Shown here: piece after piece, positions 45,725-56,312 of the stretch
How positions within the stretch are numbered: the first letter of the stretch is position 1
How the letters are laid out: the number at the start of each line of letters is the position of its first letter
NCBI GenBank assembly: GCA_963707985.1
Contig: CAVPRW010000034.1
Coordinates: 83,638 to 147,637 of the forward strand
Source: an uncultured Nitrospinota bacterium
GTDB taxonomy: Bacteria > Tectomicrobia > Entotheonellia > J063 > CAVPRW01
Length of the DNA stretch: 64,000 nucleotides
Direction of reading: 5' to 3'
Program-made: the position numbers and the translations under genes
Notes under the pieces: model-generated
The model's input: only the letters and a program-made list of their open reading frames with translations
The model's database searches: none
Told to the model about the DNA's origin: nothing

Positions 45725-46506
45725 GAAGAAGATAGTCTCAGCTAAATTCTTGAATAAATAGCTGAAGAACCTGAATATTGGAGGAACTATAGCGAGGAGG
45801 AGAGCATAGGTGGGACAAGATAGAACAGCGCTGGGACAAAATGCCCCGAAGGAGATAGACTAACAGATGTTCTTGACTACCTCTGTCATGACAGTAGCCT
45901 TTGCTCCTTAAGGTGAGTGTTACCCGCCCAAGCCAGATGGGAGGCCTATACCACCAAGAGGAAGCAGGGAGAAAGAAGTTTCGCTGCTGGCTTCTGGGCA
46001 GTTGCACATTGAGATGAGTCTACCCGTGGACGGAGACAGAAGATCTCACGAAGGCGAGCGGCCCAGTCCTTACGCAGCTGCGAGTTCACAGGGGGTAGGG
46101 ACAACTCGGGCCGTCGATGTATAGTTCCTTCGCCGTAGACAGGCTCAGAAGCAGGTGACACGCCTGGGCACCACTGAAGCCAGTGCCATCCTTGGGCCGA
46201 CCCCGGTAAGGCAAACCGGGAATGGGAGTCCTTCGGTATCGGCAAACCGCTAGAGACACTGTGTACTGGTAGGACGGAAAGGGAAGAGAGATCGATTCTC
46301 ATCTTTACTTTGTATACTCCTCCTTTGTAATCCTGATCACACGCCACATTACAAGGGTGTTGTGCCCCGCCGGAACCTCAACGCGCTAGGTGATGTCGTT
46401 CATCGAGGTGCTAACCTATTTCGTGTGGAGCATCGAGGTTGCTCTGCTTGAGACGAGCGTGGCTAGTGCGATGAGGTCAGCGACACCCGCGAGATTGTAT
46501 CTATAT

Positions 46507-46727
46507 CAGCGATTCCCGCTAGCTGCGTAACCCTATAATAATCAATGGGTTAAAAAATGCCCTTTCGTAAACGTAACATCATGATAATCAATACGTTACG
46601 TGATTTCAGGCAAGCTTTTTCGGAGAAAAACGGCCTAAGTCATTGATAGTCTTGGACTTATGTTTACGAAAGAGGAATTTTTAAGTCGTTGATTACAAAC
46701 GACTTATTGGCTCAGCGGGAACGCCTG
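46507..46727. repeat. 221-bp symmetric MITE-like module with four 25-bp palindromes
   Basis: TAA-N19-TTA palindromes at 46528-46552, 46574-46598, 46636-46660, 46682-46706; 21-bp spacers; terminal CAG...CTG IRs. Confidence 0.8.
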
Positions 46728-46870
46728 GTCTTTTGCAGAGACTTTCTCGATTCGACATGACAGGCTGTCTTGTTGAAAGCAGACTCATCTCGTCATGTAG
46801 GCGTAGCTTCCCCCATGATGGGAGATCGCCTGGTTCGATGGCACGCGGTCGCAGAGGAAATGGAGGGAGA

Positions 46871-48196
46871 TTAAGAGGAATCAATCGTCACGATGGGGCT
46901 GGACTTCTTGAAGCCGTACAAGAGGGCTTCGAACAGTTGGCGCATGGACGTCAAGGCATAGTCATAGAACAACGCTCGCATCCGCTCCCACAGCAGGCGC
47001 TTGCTGCCCAGCTTCGCCCAGACCGCTTGAAACAAGGCACAACACAGCTGCTGGGTCTGGTCCACCAAAAACGCCAGCATCATCAGCATGGCAAACACCA
47101 CGGAGAGATTCTGCTCGCCATGACCGTAGTTGTGCTCAAAGTTGTAGCCCTGGTTTTTCAGCGTATTGAACGTCTCATTTTCGATCTTCCACCGCGCCCG
47201 TCCACCCCGCATGAGGTGAAAGACGTTGCGCTTGCTCACGCGCAGGTCCGTCACCCAACTGAAGTGTTGGACCTTGTCATCGCCAATCTCCCAGTACTCG
47301 ATGAAATTGACCCGCACGTCCGCGTTCGATGCATTGAGCGGCACGTCATTGACAAAGCGAAAGCGATGGACCAGACCTGCGGCGCGGTCGTGCCGCTCAT
47401 AATAGGTGACGCGCCCGGCGTGCTCCGCTGCCTGCACCTGCTGGAACAGATAGGCATGATCGCCTTCTTTGACCCCGAGGATATAGTGCAGCTCGTGGTC
47501 GTGCAGGGTCTCGATGTGCGGGGCATTGGAACTCAGACTGTCTTCGGTGACGATGAACTTGAGGTGCGGATGGTCCTGGCGCAACTTGGCAATGAAGCGT
47601 TTGGCGGCATTGCGTTCACAATCATTTTTGTCCGTCCCATCTTGTTTCACAATCGGTTCGGGCATCAGCGGAATCACTTCACGCAGGTCCGGATGGATAA
47701 TCGCTGCGCCCAACATCTGATGAGAATAGGTGATCGACCCGTTGCGGTGGACCTTGTGCAGACACGACGCACAGTGAATCGTCTTGGAGGAAAAATACCC
47801 CGTGCCATCGAGGGCCAGTAGATAGTGGCCATCAAGAAACACCATCGGTTCAAGCGCCTTGCCTCGCTGGAGTTGCCGAAAGACGCTCTGTGAACACCGG
47901 GCGGAGCCACTCGGGGGAGACCGGATCAAGTATCTCGCGCATGTGCGTGTCGCACGGGACACGCTCAATGCCGTAGATGGTTGCCAAATTGCCCTCGGCC
48001 CGCTCCTTGTCAAAGGCGAGGAGCGAGGGCGATTTGAGGGAAAACATGGCGAACGCCGACATGAGCGCATCGGTTAAGGAAATGTCCGCCTCGCGCGACG
48101 CGATGATCCGGGATGGTTGGCAAAGCCGCTTCGAACCAAGCGAAAGAGCGCATCGGCGGAGAGATGCTTGCGTCCTTTGGGAGCAACGATGGACAT
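46871..48196 (-). CDS. Transposase (ISNCY-like DDE), frameshifted near the N-terminus
   Basis: RKHLSADALF start; LALDGTGYFSS, DCERNAAKR, TEDSL, GRARWKIENETFNTLKNQGY. Confidence 0.88.
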
Positions 48197-48331
48197 GGCA
48201 ACCCCCGTCATGAGAACATCAAATCGTTCCAGTGAGAGGGGTATTTTCGCATCGATGTTTACGAAAAGGCAACCGGGATATCGCGGTGGTTACTGGGTTT
48301 TGTCGCTCTCCGGGAATTGCTGTATCTATAT

Positions 48332-48420
48332 GACACCCTCCTCTAGCGGCTGCCGCAGCACCTCCAGGACATGGCGGCGGAAACGGGCAGATCATCCAAA
48401 AAGAACACGCCGAGGACGTT
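48332..48420 (-). pseudogene. comM: comM/yifB fragment (copy C), split from its tail by the IS
   Basis: Degenerate GVxFLDx[20 protein letters not shown]; tail ATATAGATACAATCTCGCGGG continues at 46506 downward. Confidence 0.8.
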
Positions 48421-48659
48421 ATGGTCTGAACGCCTATGTTTCAGCTTCGCCAAGGCTAAGAAACTCAGCAGGTGACCCATATGGGATCACATTGGGGCAG
48501 CTCATTACTGGTCCAACGCCCACTTCCAGGAGCTTGCCGAAGCAGTATACGCACTGTACGGGAAGTCACATTCCTCTATAGCTGTCTAGTCCCACCATGT
48601 GATGATTCGGATTGAGCTTAACGCGTTCCAGTTCCTTCTGCCAGCATTTCAGGGTGAGC

Positions 48660-48887
48660 CCCGAACCGCGACGTCCATCGCGTCCGGCTCGGGCATAAGC
48701 CCGAGGGAGCGTGGCGGCTGCGGCCCCATCGGCGCATCATGTACAAACGCCCGCTTCTTCCACGTTGCTACTGTCTGCGGCTGGATGGCGTGTCGCTGGC
48801 AAGCGTATTCAAGCACTTTTGACTCTTCTGGATCTCTCGACGCATTGCCGCGGTCGTGCGGGCGCTCCCGTGTCATAACTGCCCCAT
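48660..48887 (-). mobile_element. IS481-family transposase N-terminal remnant
   Basis: MGQL*HGSARTTAA...TVATWKKRAFVHDAPMGP. Confidence 0.7.
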
Positions 48888-48964
48888 CATGCCTCCCGTG
48901 ATGGTCAGTCAGCATATGTGACACCATCACATGGTGAGACTATGCATCTAAGGATAGACCGTGG

Positions 48965-49680
48965 CTACTCAACCAACAGAGGTGACTCTGACGCGCTTGA
49001 CGCCTCGACGGGGGGCACGGCTCCCGCACGAGCAGGGATGGGAGGATCCGGTATTTGCACCGCAGGATGCTCTAGCACCACGATGGTATCCGACACGGCC
49101 CACAGCGGCTTCCACTGAACGGGCCGGACGATAATGTAGGGGGAGATTGCGGTAGTGGCAATCTTATAGGGCAACATGGGCATTCCCGTCACCCAGGGGA
49201 CGTCAGGCTCGCGCCCGCCCGGCAGGGAGGCCTGGGGGAGCAGCTGCATACAGCCACCAGCCATTCAACGCATAGCCCGCATCAATATGCTTGGGCACGA
49301 CCCCTTGTCGGAGAAGCCAGGCGCGGGCATCCGCGACGGCCCTCAGGTAACGGAACTCATCAATGGTTCCCGAGAGGGCAATCGGCAGAGCACCCCAGAC
49401 CCCCCAGGCCAACGGACAGAGGACCAGACCGAGGTGCAGGAGCGGGCTTAGTTGCTCCCACACGTAATCCGAGACAGCCAAGAGCAGATAGACGTCTCGG
49501 GCCTTTTCGGCGTAGACGCGCGTCTCTCCATGTACCGCGTTGATCCACCACAGGGTCAGTCCGACCGCCAGAAAGGGCATCAGCAAGCAGAGGCGCTGCG
49601 ACCAGGGGAGAGGGTGACGCTCAGGACCCACCCCACACACGAGCAGGAGATAGGCGAGCGGGCTGTCAGTAGCCTAGGCA
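48965..49680 (-). pseudogene. C-terminal remnant of a membrane protein (possibly GT-C glycosyltransferase-like)
   Basis: Hydrophobic segments and IDAGYALNGW motif; frameshifted, no start. Confidence 0.4.
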
Positions 49681-49740
49681 CAGTGCCCTCCATCAAGACG
49701 CTTCCAGACGGCGCCCGAGCTATTGCGGTAGGGATGCCGG

Positions 49741-50142
49741 GTGACGCATCCCTACCGCAATAGCTCGAAGGCAGAGCTGCTAAGGGGGTTTTTCAGCACA
49801 GCCGAGCATTACAAGTTCGAGGAGATGCTCCCTGCGGTGGCCGCGTGGGTACCAGATATCGGTGCAGCCATTGTCCGGCAGCAGATCGTAGGCCTCCCCA
49901 CCCGTGTCCCAGGTAAGCAGCATTGGTGGGCTTTTCGTCTGGGCCAAGATGCTGTCCTTGCTGATGGATCACTACGCTCGGCTCTGCTCACATGGCTTTC
50001 CGTCCCCAGCACAACTGATGAAGATCGCCATGCCCTAGACCGCATTCTCGGCGCCCTGCTACCCGGCATGCAGCCAGGTGAACGGATTGATGCGCTCATC
50101 GCCCGCAAGCAGTTCTGGCTCCCGCAGAAATGTCCGCTGTGA
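49741..50142 (+). CDS. Hypothetical protein or fragment
   Basis: 133-aa ORF with protein-like composition; no motif recognised. Confidence 0.3.
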   Translation: MTHPYRNSSKAELLRGFFSTAEHYKFEEMLPAVAAWVPDIGAAIVRQQIVGLPTRVPGKQHWWAFRLGQDAVLADGSLRSALLTWLSVPSTTDEDRHALDRILGALLPGMQPGERIDALIARKQFWLPQKCPL

Positions 50143-50175
50143 CCGCGGCGGCCGCCAGGCCAATAGTGCTCCGCT

Positions 50176-51039
50176 TCATCGACGCCAGCCGCGCAGGAAG
50201 CTGTGCACGCCGAGCGCAAACAACGGCAGACATCCCCATTGGGCCAGGGTCAACTCGGCATACGTGGTGTCGCCGAAGCGCAAGAAATCGAGGCCAAAGC
50301 GGCCCAGAGCATACGTGGTCGCCGTCACCGCCACGACAAAACCGTCAAAGCGGCGGCGCTGACGCATGGCGATGGTCAGAAACGTAAACAGCCCCACGGT
50401 AAACACCAGTTCGTACAACCCGAGATCGTGACGTAGCACCCCATGGATGAGCACGCCGGTTGGTCCAGCGGTCGGGACGCCGGGGTGGTCGTGCACCGAG
50501 AAACAGCCCAGCCGCCCAAAGAGCCAGCCGCCGATAAAGCTGTAGAGTACACAATCGACCGCAGGGCGGAGGGCTAACGCCCGTCTCTTACAGAACACCA
50601 ATGTTGCGATGGTCCCGCCGAGAAAACCGCCAAACGAGGAAAAGTCTGCACGGATGGCGAAGAGTTTCGCGGGATTGAGCACGTTAGCGGGGGACGCCTC
50701 GCTAATGGCCATGAGATGGGCTAGCCCAAAGCCAACCAGCAGGAACCAGACGATCCCTTCGCGCAGCGTGGCCCACTCCAGGCCGAAGTGTGGGCACCAG
50801 CGCGAGAGCAGGTGCCTGCCAAAGAGGATGCCCATGGCCACGAGTGGGCCGAAAGTGCTGACCTGCAGCGGCCCCACCGTATACACCGGCAGCACCGGCA
50901 GCTTGAGCACGATGTAGCGCAGGAGGAAATACCCCACAATCCCGGCAAACGCCACCAGCCAGAGCGTGGTCTGTCGGGGCAGTCGGGAGTGGACATCTTC
51001 GACATGGATCAGGCGAGTGTGTGCGCGAGAAGGGGCCAT
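50176..51039 (-). CDS. Prolipoprotein diacylglyceryl transferase (Lgt-like)
   Basis: SFGGFLGG, GRLGCF, HDLGLYE, YALGRFGLDFLR, TLAQW. Confidence 0.85.
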   Translation of the reverse strand: MAPSRAHTRLIHVEDVHSRLPRQTTLWLVAFAGIVGYFLLRYIVLKLPVLPVYTVGPLQVSTFGPLVAMGILFGRHLLSRWCPHFGLEWATLREGIVWFLLVGFGLAHLMAISEASPANVLNPAKLFAIRADFSSFGGFLGGTIATLVFCKRRALALRPAVDCVLYSFIGGWLFGRLGCFSVHDHPGVPTAGPTGVLIHGVLRHDLGLYELVFTVGLFTFLTIAMRQRRRFDGFVVAVTATTYALGRFGLDFLRFGDTTYAELTLAQWGCLPLFALGVHSFLRGWRR

Positions 51040-51242
51040 GATACGTCTCCTGAGAAAAGCAGGCAGGCCCCCTGGTCCTTACAGTGATCTGTGGGAGGGG
51101 AGCCATGCCTGCCGTGTCGTCCACGCAGGCTCTGGCGAGCCAAAGCCCTGACGCGGCTCCTGACGACATGGAGCTTACGAGCCGACGCCACGGTGCAGCC
51201 CCAGTCGCCTGCTCCGCGGGGCTCAGGGACACGCCCCAGCGG

Positions 51243-52713
51243 CTAGAAATCCTCGCAGCCGGGGGTCCAGGGCTTCTGCCGGCAAATGGGGGGTGGCTCT
51301 GGCGGGTCGTCGGGCGGCGGCGGGGTTGGGAGCGGCCGTGGGGTGAGCCCCGGATCGGGCAATTGCAGAGCCGGGCCGTTGCTGACCGTTTGTTTTGGGG
51401 GTAGTGCGGTGGGGTTCAGCCCCAGGACGCTGATTTTGTATTGCGCCAAGCCTCTATTTTGCGGACAGATGACCGGATCATCAACCAGGGTCGACTCGAT
51501 CATATAGAACAGGGTTCCCGTCGCCGCACCGGGGGCTTTCTCATAGCTAAAACCCTTGATCCACACGCCGATCGTTTCGACATGATGATCGCTCTGGAGA
51601 TATTCCAGTTGCCACCCGGTCAACACGGGCACGGCATAGTAGAACGGCACGTTTTCGACCTTAAACTGTGCCTGATGCATCTCATCAACTCCCCCAGGCT
51701 CACAGAGGGGGTCGCTCTCCGCGTCGTTGTTGGGGGTGAGCGGGACAGTGTTTGCCTCTGGCAGCCAGCTGCTAGAACTTCCCCTCCAGCGTAAGACAGT
51801 GTCAGGATGCCACATGTTGACGCTCGGGCCACTCAGGACGGAGACGATTGCTGACCCGTAGTAATCACGCCGGGTGCTGTTGTCTTTCCACAGGGTTGTT
51901 GACGTCCAGCTGATGGTGTCCCCACTGGGAACGGGAGTGCCCAGGTCAAAGCCCGCTTGCAAGAGATGGTGATCCGTATCAGAACCCCACACGAAGCCAA
52001 ACGCCCGTGGGAGTACGCGCGCGAGGGCCGGATACTTGCACAGCGGCAGGCAGCTGGCGCCGGGCCGTGTCATGGTCGGGATCAGACCCCTCGGAATGGA
52101 CAAACGTCAGTGCTTCCGGGGTCGCATCTGTATGATAGGGCCACGCCGCGATCTGCGGAGGTATCAACTGCCAATCGAACGTATCGCGATGCCAGAAGAC
52201 CAGCGTGTAGATGTAACACCACTCGTAGGGATCATTCCCGTCGTCGTCACTCACGACCCCGCCCGCCTCCCAGTGCAGCTCCTGCTGAGCGCCGTTCTGC
52301 GTCTGGGTAATGTTAAAAATGGCGCTCCCGAGCCCCCGCACATGGTGATCACCGTTCTGATACCGCAATCTCCAGCCGTTTAAGAAGACGGTGCCGGTAT
52401 TATACCCCGAGGGAATCACCGCCATGTCGCGTATGCGGAGACCAACGGTGTCTTCGGACGCTGCCTCGTCGGCTTGCGCACACCCGAGGCGATGCTGCAC
52501 TTTGAGCAAGCCCGGCACCTCAATGTACGTCGCGTGCTGGGATTTTGTGAGGTCTTCGTAGGGGGCGGTATTCAGGATGTCATGGATTTCTTTTGGGGTG
52601 TTACTGGCAGAATGGTGAGCGTAGAATCCACAGGCCATGAAGGTACTTGCCAGGGCGACCACCAGCCCGAATCCGACGTCAAACCTGCTGCGGTATCTGC
52701 GTGGCTGAAGCAT
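51243..52713 (-). CDS. Secreted/lipoprotein of unknown function with three DHH-containing repeats, frameshifted near 52020
   Basis: Signal ending STFMAC; repeats LNGWRLRYQNGDHHV, RAFGFVWGSDTDHHL, LTGWQLEYLQSDHHV; Pro-rich tail PPICRQKPWTPGC. Confidence 0.7.
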
Positions 52714-53020
52714 CGCGTGTCCCTCCAGAGAGGAATGGTGGATGGATGGCATGGCACTCAAGCGCCAGAGCGCCATCCGGTGTGCCAGACACGGCGGTCG
52801 TGTCTGACGGGTGCTCCGTAGGGCAGCGGCACCAACGCGCCGCCACCCGACAGGACCACACCACGTCAAAATTACCGTTCCACCAATGAGGCATGAGCTC
52901 GACCTTGCGGGTATACATCAGCTCGATGAGCCACCAGGGCCGCATAGCGGCGGGAGAACACCCTCGATGCGTCAGCGTCAAGGTCTTGAACTTCATGTGG
53001 TTACATCGATCCGGTCAGGT

Positions 53021-53745
53021 CAGCTCAACTCCCTACTGGTGTAAACAAAATTCTGACGCGATTTTCCTTCTGGAGTGTTCTCAAGGGCAAGAGTGATGCC
53101 GCGCCACGCATGGCGGGGCACACGTGACATACGCCTGGCGAACATCCCCCGCGTGCGGATCGTGGGAGCATAGGGCGTCCGTGCAATCTTACACAGCCAT
53201 GAGGCCTCGCGCCCCGGGAGCATCACCCAAAGAGGAGCCGTGTCCGCGAGGGTTCGAGCCGTGTAGTATTGCGCAGGCCTGCGCAATACTACACGGTCCC
53301 CCCAATAATCACTAAGCTCGCTTGTATCCCTTCTGGTGATTTGAGCTAGCATTGGTAGGCAGTGAACGCCCATCATGCGTCAACGACGAAGGGATCGCGC
53401 TGCTCACTCTGTCTACTGAGTTCATCAGGGTCATCGCGGTCTTTGCGCCGGTATGTTCGACATCCGTGTAGCAACACGTGAACGTCCTCATCATGGGCGC
53501 CATCCTTGCCCCAGGGCAACGGACCGTCACCGCGGTGTTGCGGGTCATGGGACATTACGCAGCACCTCACGTTCAGACCTATCATCGCCTCCTCAATCGG
53601 GCCGTCTGGTCACCTTTGACCACCAGCCGGCTGCTGCTGAGACTTTTAGTAGCCGTGTGTATCCCGCGGGGGGACGTCGTCTGTGGCCTCGATGACACGA
53701 TCGAACGCCGCCGCGGCGCTCAAATTCAAGCGAAGGGCAGCGGTT
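53021..53745 (+). mobile_element. IS701-family element remnant (left end and transposase N-terminus)
   Basis: GAILAPGQRTVTAVLRVMG...YHRLLNRAVWS...GLDDTIERRRG; in-frame stop, truncated. Confidence 0.8.
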
Positions 53746-53994
53746 AGGTCAACTCCTCGACCGTCGAGCCGCAGAGTCCACAGACCCAGGATGAACGTTC
53801 CAGTGGTGTCGGCATGTGAAACCTCCCTTGAAAAGAGCCGAACAGGGGGAGCCCTCCAGGGGACATAACGATTCAGCCCTAATCGGCAGAGGGTTGAGCC
53901 GTTTCCCTTGATAAGCCGCGGGCCCTTTCGGCGTGGACAGCCGCGTCGCCAGCTCCTCGCCCACTTGCGGAAGGGTTTCGATCTCGACCGCGAT

Positions 53995-54271
53995 CGGATT
54001 GTAGGTATATGACACTCTCCTCCAGCGGTTGCCGCGAGACCGCCAAGACACGGCAGCGGCACTCCGGCCGTGCATCTAGGCGGAGCACGCCGTGAGGGGC
54101 CAGCGACTCCTCCCCCAGCATCGGCACATGGCCACCACCGATCAGCCCCGCATCCGAGATGGTGTAGTGGGGCGCGCGAAACGGGCGGGTGGTGACCCAC
54201 ACCGTGCGGTCGCCGGTGAGGCCGGCGAGGCTGTGAATTCGCGTGGTCTCAATGGGCACGGCGCGGGTCAT
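53995..54271 (-). pseudogene. comM: comM/yifB fragment (copy D)
   Basis: [14 protein letters not shown]...[22 protein letters not shown]...RQPLEESVI. Confidence 0.88.
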
Positions 54272-54282
54272 GGCAAACCCCC

Positions 54283-55987
54283 CTATCCTGACTGCGCGGC
54301 TCGATTTTCGACGAGCGTGCGGCGGCGCACCTTGCCGATCATTGTTTTAGGCAACTCGTGGCGGAATTCGACTTGGGCTGGCACCTTGTACGGCGCGAGC
54401 TTGGACTGACAATGCCGGCGGATGTCATCGGACGTTGTCGACGTGCCGGGATGCAGTACTACCCAGGCTTTGACGGCCTCGCCTTTGCGCGCGTCTGGCA
54501 CGCCAGCGACGCCGACATCAGCGACCGCCGGGTGCAAGGCGATGACCTCTTCGATCTCACGCGGCCAGACCTGGTAGCCACTCGTCTTGATCAGGTCTTT
54601 CTTGCGTTCGACCAGAAAGACATAGCCATCGTCGTCCATCAAGCCGAGATCGCCGGTGTGCAACCAGGGGCCACCTGCACCATGAGCCCGCAACGCGTCA
54701 ACCGTCTCAGTGACGTTCTCCCAGTAGCCCGACATGAGCTGGGGAGCACGCATGATGACCTCGCCGACTTCGCCCGGCTCCAGGCTTCGTTCTCCGGTTT
54801 CCATGTCGACGATGCGCAGCTCCACATCGGGCAGCGGCACGCCTACCGAGCCCAGCTTATTCAGCCCGCGTACGGGGCTACAGGTGCTAGCCAGCATGGA
54901 TTCGGTCAACGAGTAGGCTTCCAGGATGCGGGCGCCGGTCAAGGCTTCAAAGCGCTGCTTGGTGGCGACCGGGAGCGGCGCGGCACCGGAGAAGCAGAGC
55001 TTGATGGAGCGCAAATCCACCCTGCCGGCGTTCACCTCGGGATGATTGAGCAAGGCGTTGAACAGTGTGGGGACGGCGATGAAGAAGGTGGGGCGGGCCC
55101 GGCCAATAGTGCGAATGACATCGGTGATGTCCCGCGGATCGGGGATCAGCACCAGAGGATTGTGCCCCACAAACGCGGTGCCCTGCCCACCGATGCACCC
55201 GTAGGCATGAAAGAGGGGGACCGGCAGCATGACAATGTCATGCCAGTCTTCCCACACCGGTTGTAGCCAGGCATGTGACTGCAGGCCTGCGGCCACCAGG
55301 CTGCGATGCCGTCCGAGGGCACCTTTGGGTGTGCCTGTCGTCCCGCCACTCATCAAGATGACCGCTGGATCGTCAGGGCCAACGGGTGTATCGAGCCGGG
55401 GTGCAAGCGCATAGCCCTTGAGCAGGTCTCTCAGCCAAAGATCCGGGGCCTGCAGCCGAATGCGGTGCCCCTCTTTTCTCTCCTTGAATCAAGGTGAACA
55501 GGAAGGAGAGGAGCAGCGGTAGGTATTCCTTGATGCTGGTGGCGATAACCCGTTTGAGGGCGGTGTGCGGTTGAACGCTTTTGATCCGCGTATACAACGA
55601 GGTCAGCACCACGACCGTCTCTGCGCCGGAGCCTGCCAGGAGGCCCGTCAGTTCGCGCTCACTGTAGAGCGGGTTGAGGGGAGTGACGATCGCGCCGACC
55701 TTCCACGCCCCCACCTCGGCGATGATAAATTGCGGACAGTTGGGCAAGAGCAACGCGAGACGGTCTCCCTTCTTGACTCCGAGATCGGCCAGCGCCGCCG
55801 CGAAGGCATCGCTCAGTTTCGCCAATTGGCCGTAAGTCACCCATCGACCTTTGAAGAACATCGCCGGGTGAGCGGGCCGCTGCCCGGCCGTGTCGGCGAT
55901 GTAATCCAGCAGCGTATGAGGCGGGTAGGGCTCCAAGGTGTGGGGCACGCCCTCATCGTAGTGCTTGAGCCAGCGTTTCTCTTCCAT
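54283..55987 (-). CDS. Long-chain fatty acid--CoA ligase, frameshifted near 55490
   Basis: [43 protein letters not shown]. Confidence 0.9.
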
Positions 55988-56215
55988 CGCTCTCCCCCAT
56001 GAGTCTGGGTCAGGATGATACCATCCCTCAGGCTATCGCGCATGGGTGGTGAAGCCGGCCAATCATCTTCGTGGGTAAAAGCGATGCCAGGCCATGCCAG
56101 GGAAGCCGTTATGGCGGTGCGGTATGGTCTGTCAAGCCGATGAATATCCTGGCCTGCCGCGACGGCGCAGCACGCCGGACCGCCCTACGCTGTCAAATGC
56201 TATCGCTAGCGGCTC

Positions 56216-56231
56216 TGGCACTGGTCTTGCT
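56216..56231 (+). promoter_or_regulatory. Sigma-54 promoter (malic enzyme)
   Basis: TGGCACTGGTCTTGCT, exact match to TGGCAC-N5-TTGC. Confidence 0.75.
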
Positions 56232-56312
56232 GATCGAGAGCAGGGGTGGTTGGCCCCTCAAGTAAATGCGAAGGCTGAAAACAATAGACCAATGAACACA
56301 GTGGAGGAAGCC

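Larger units (their letters stand above)
46507..48322 (-). mobile_element. ISNCY-like DDE insertion sequence with 9-bp target duplication
   Basis: IRs CAGCGATTCCCG / CAGCAATTCCCG (11 of 12 match); TATCTATAT at 46498-46506 and 48323-48331. Confidence 0.9.

Noticed and set aside
45900..46480. Possible structured RNA, intron or degraded IS-associated gene
   Set aside because: No recognisable motif, boundary or consistent reading frame
46528..46706. Palindromic repeats as a CRISPR array
   Set aside because: Repeats are not identical, are arranged in inverted symmetry, spacers are related to each other, and no cas genes are present
46733..47821. 362-aa plus-strand ORF
   Set aside because: Antisense shadow of the transposase
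54358..55266. 302-aa plus-strand ORF
   Set aside because: Antisense shadow of the acyl-CoA ligase; typical of high-GC DNA
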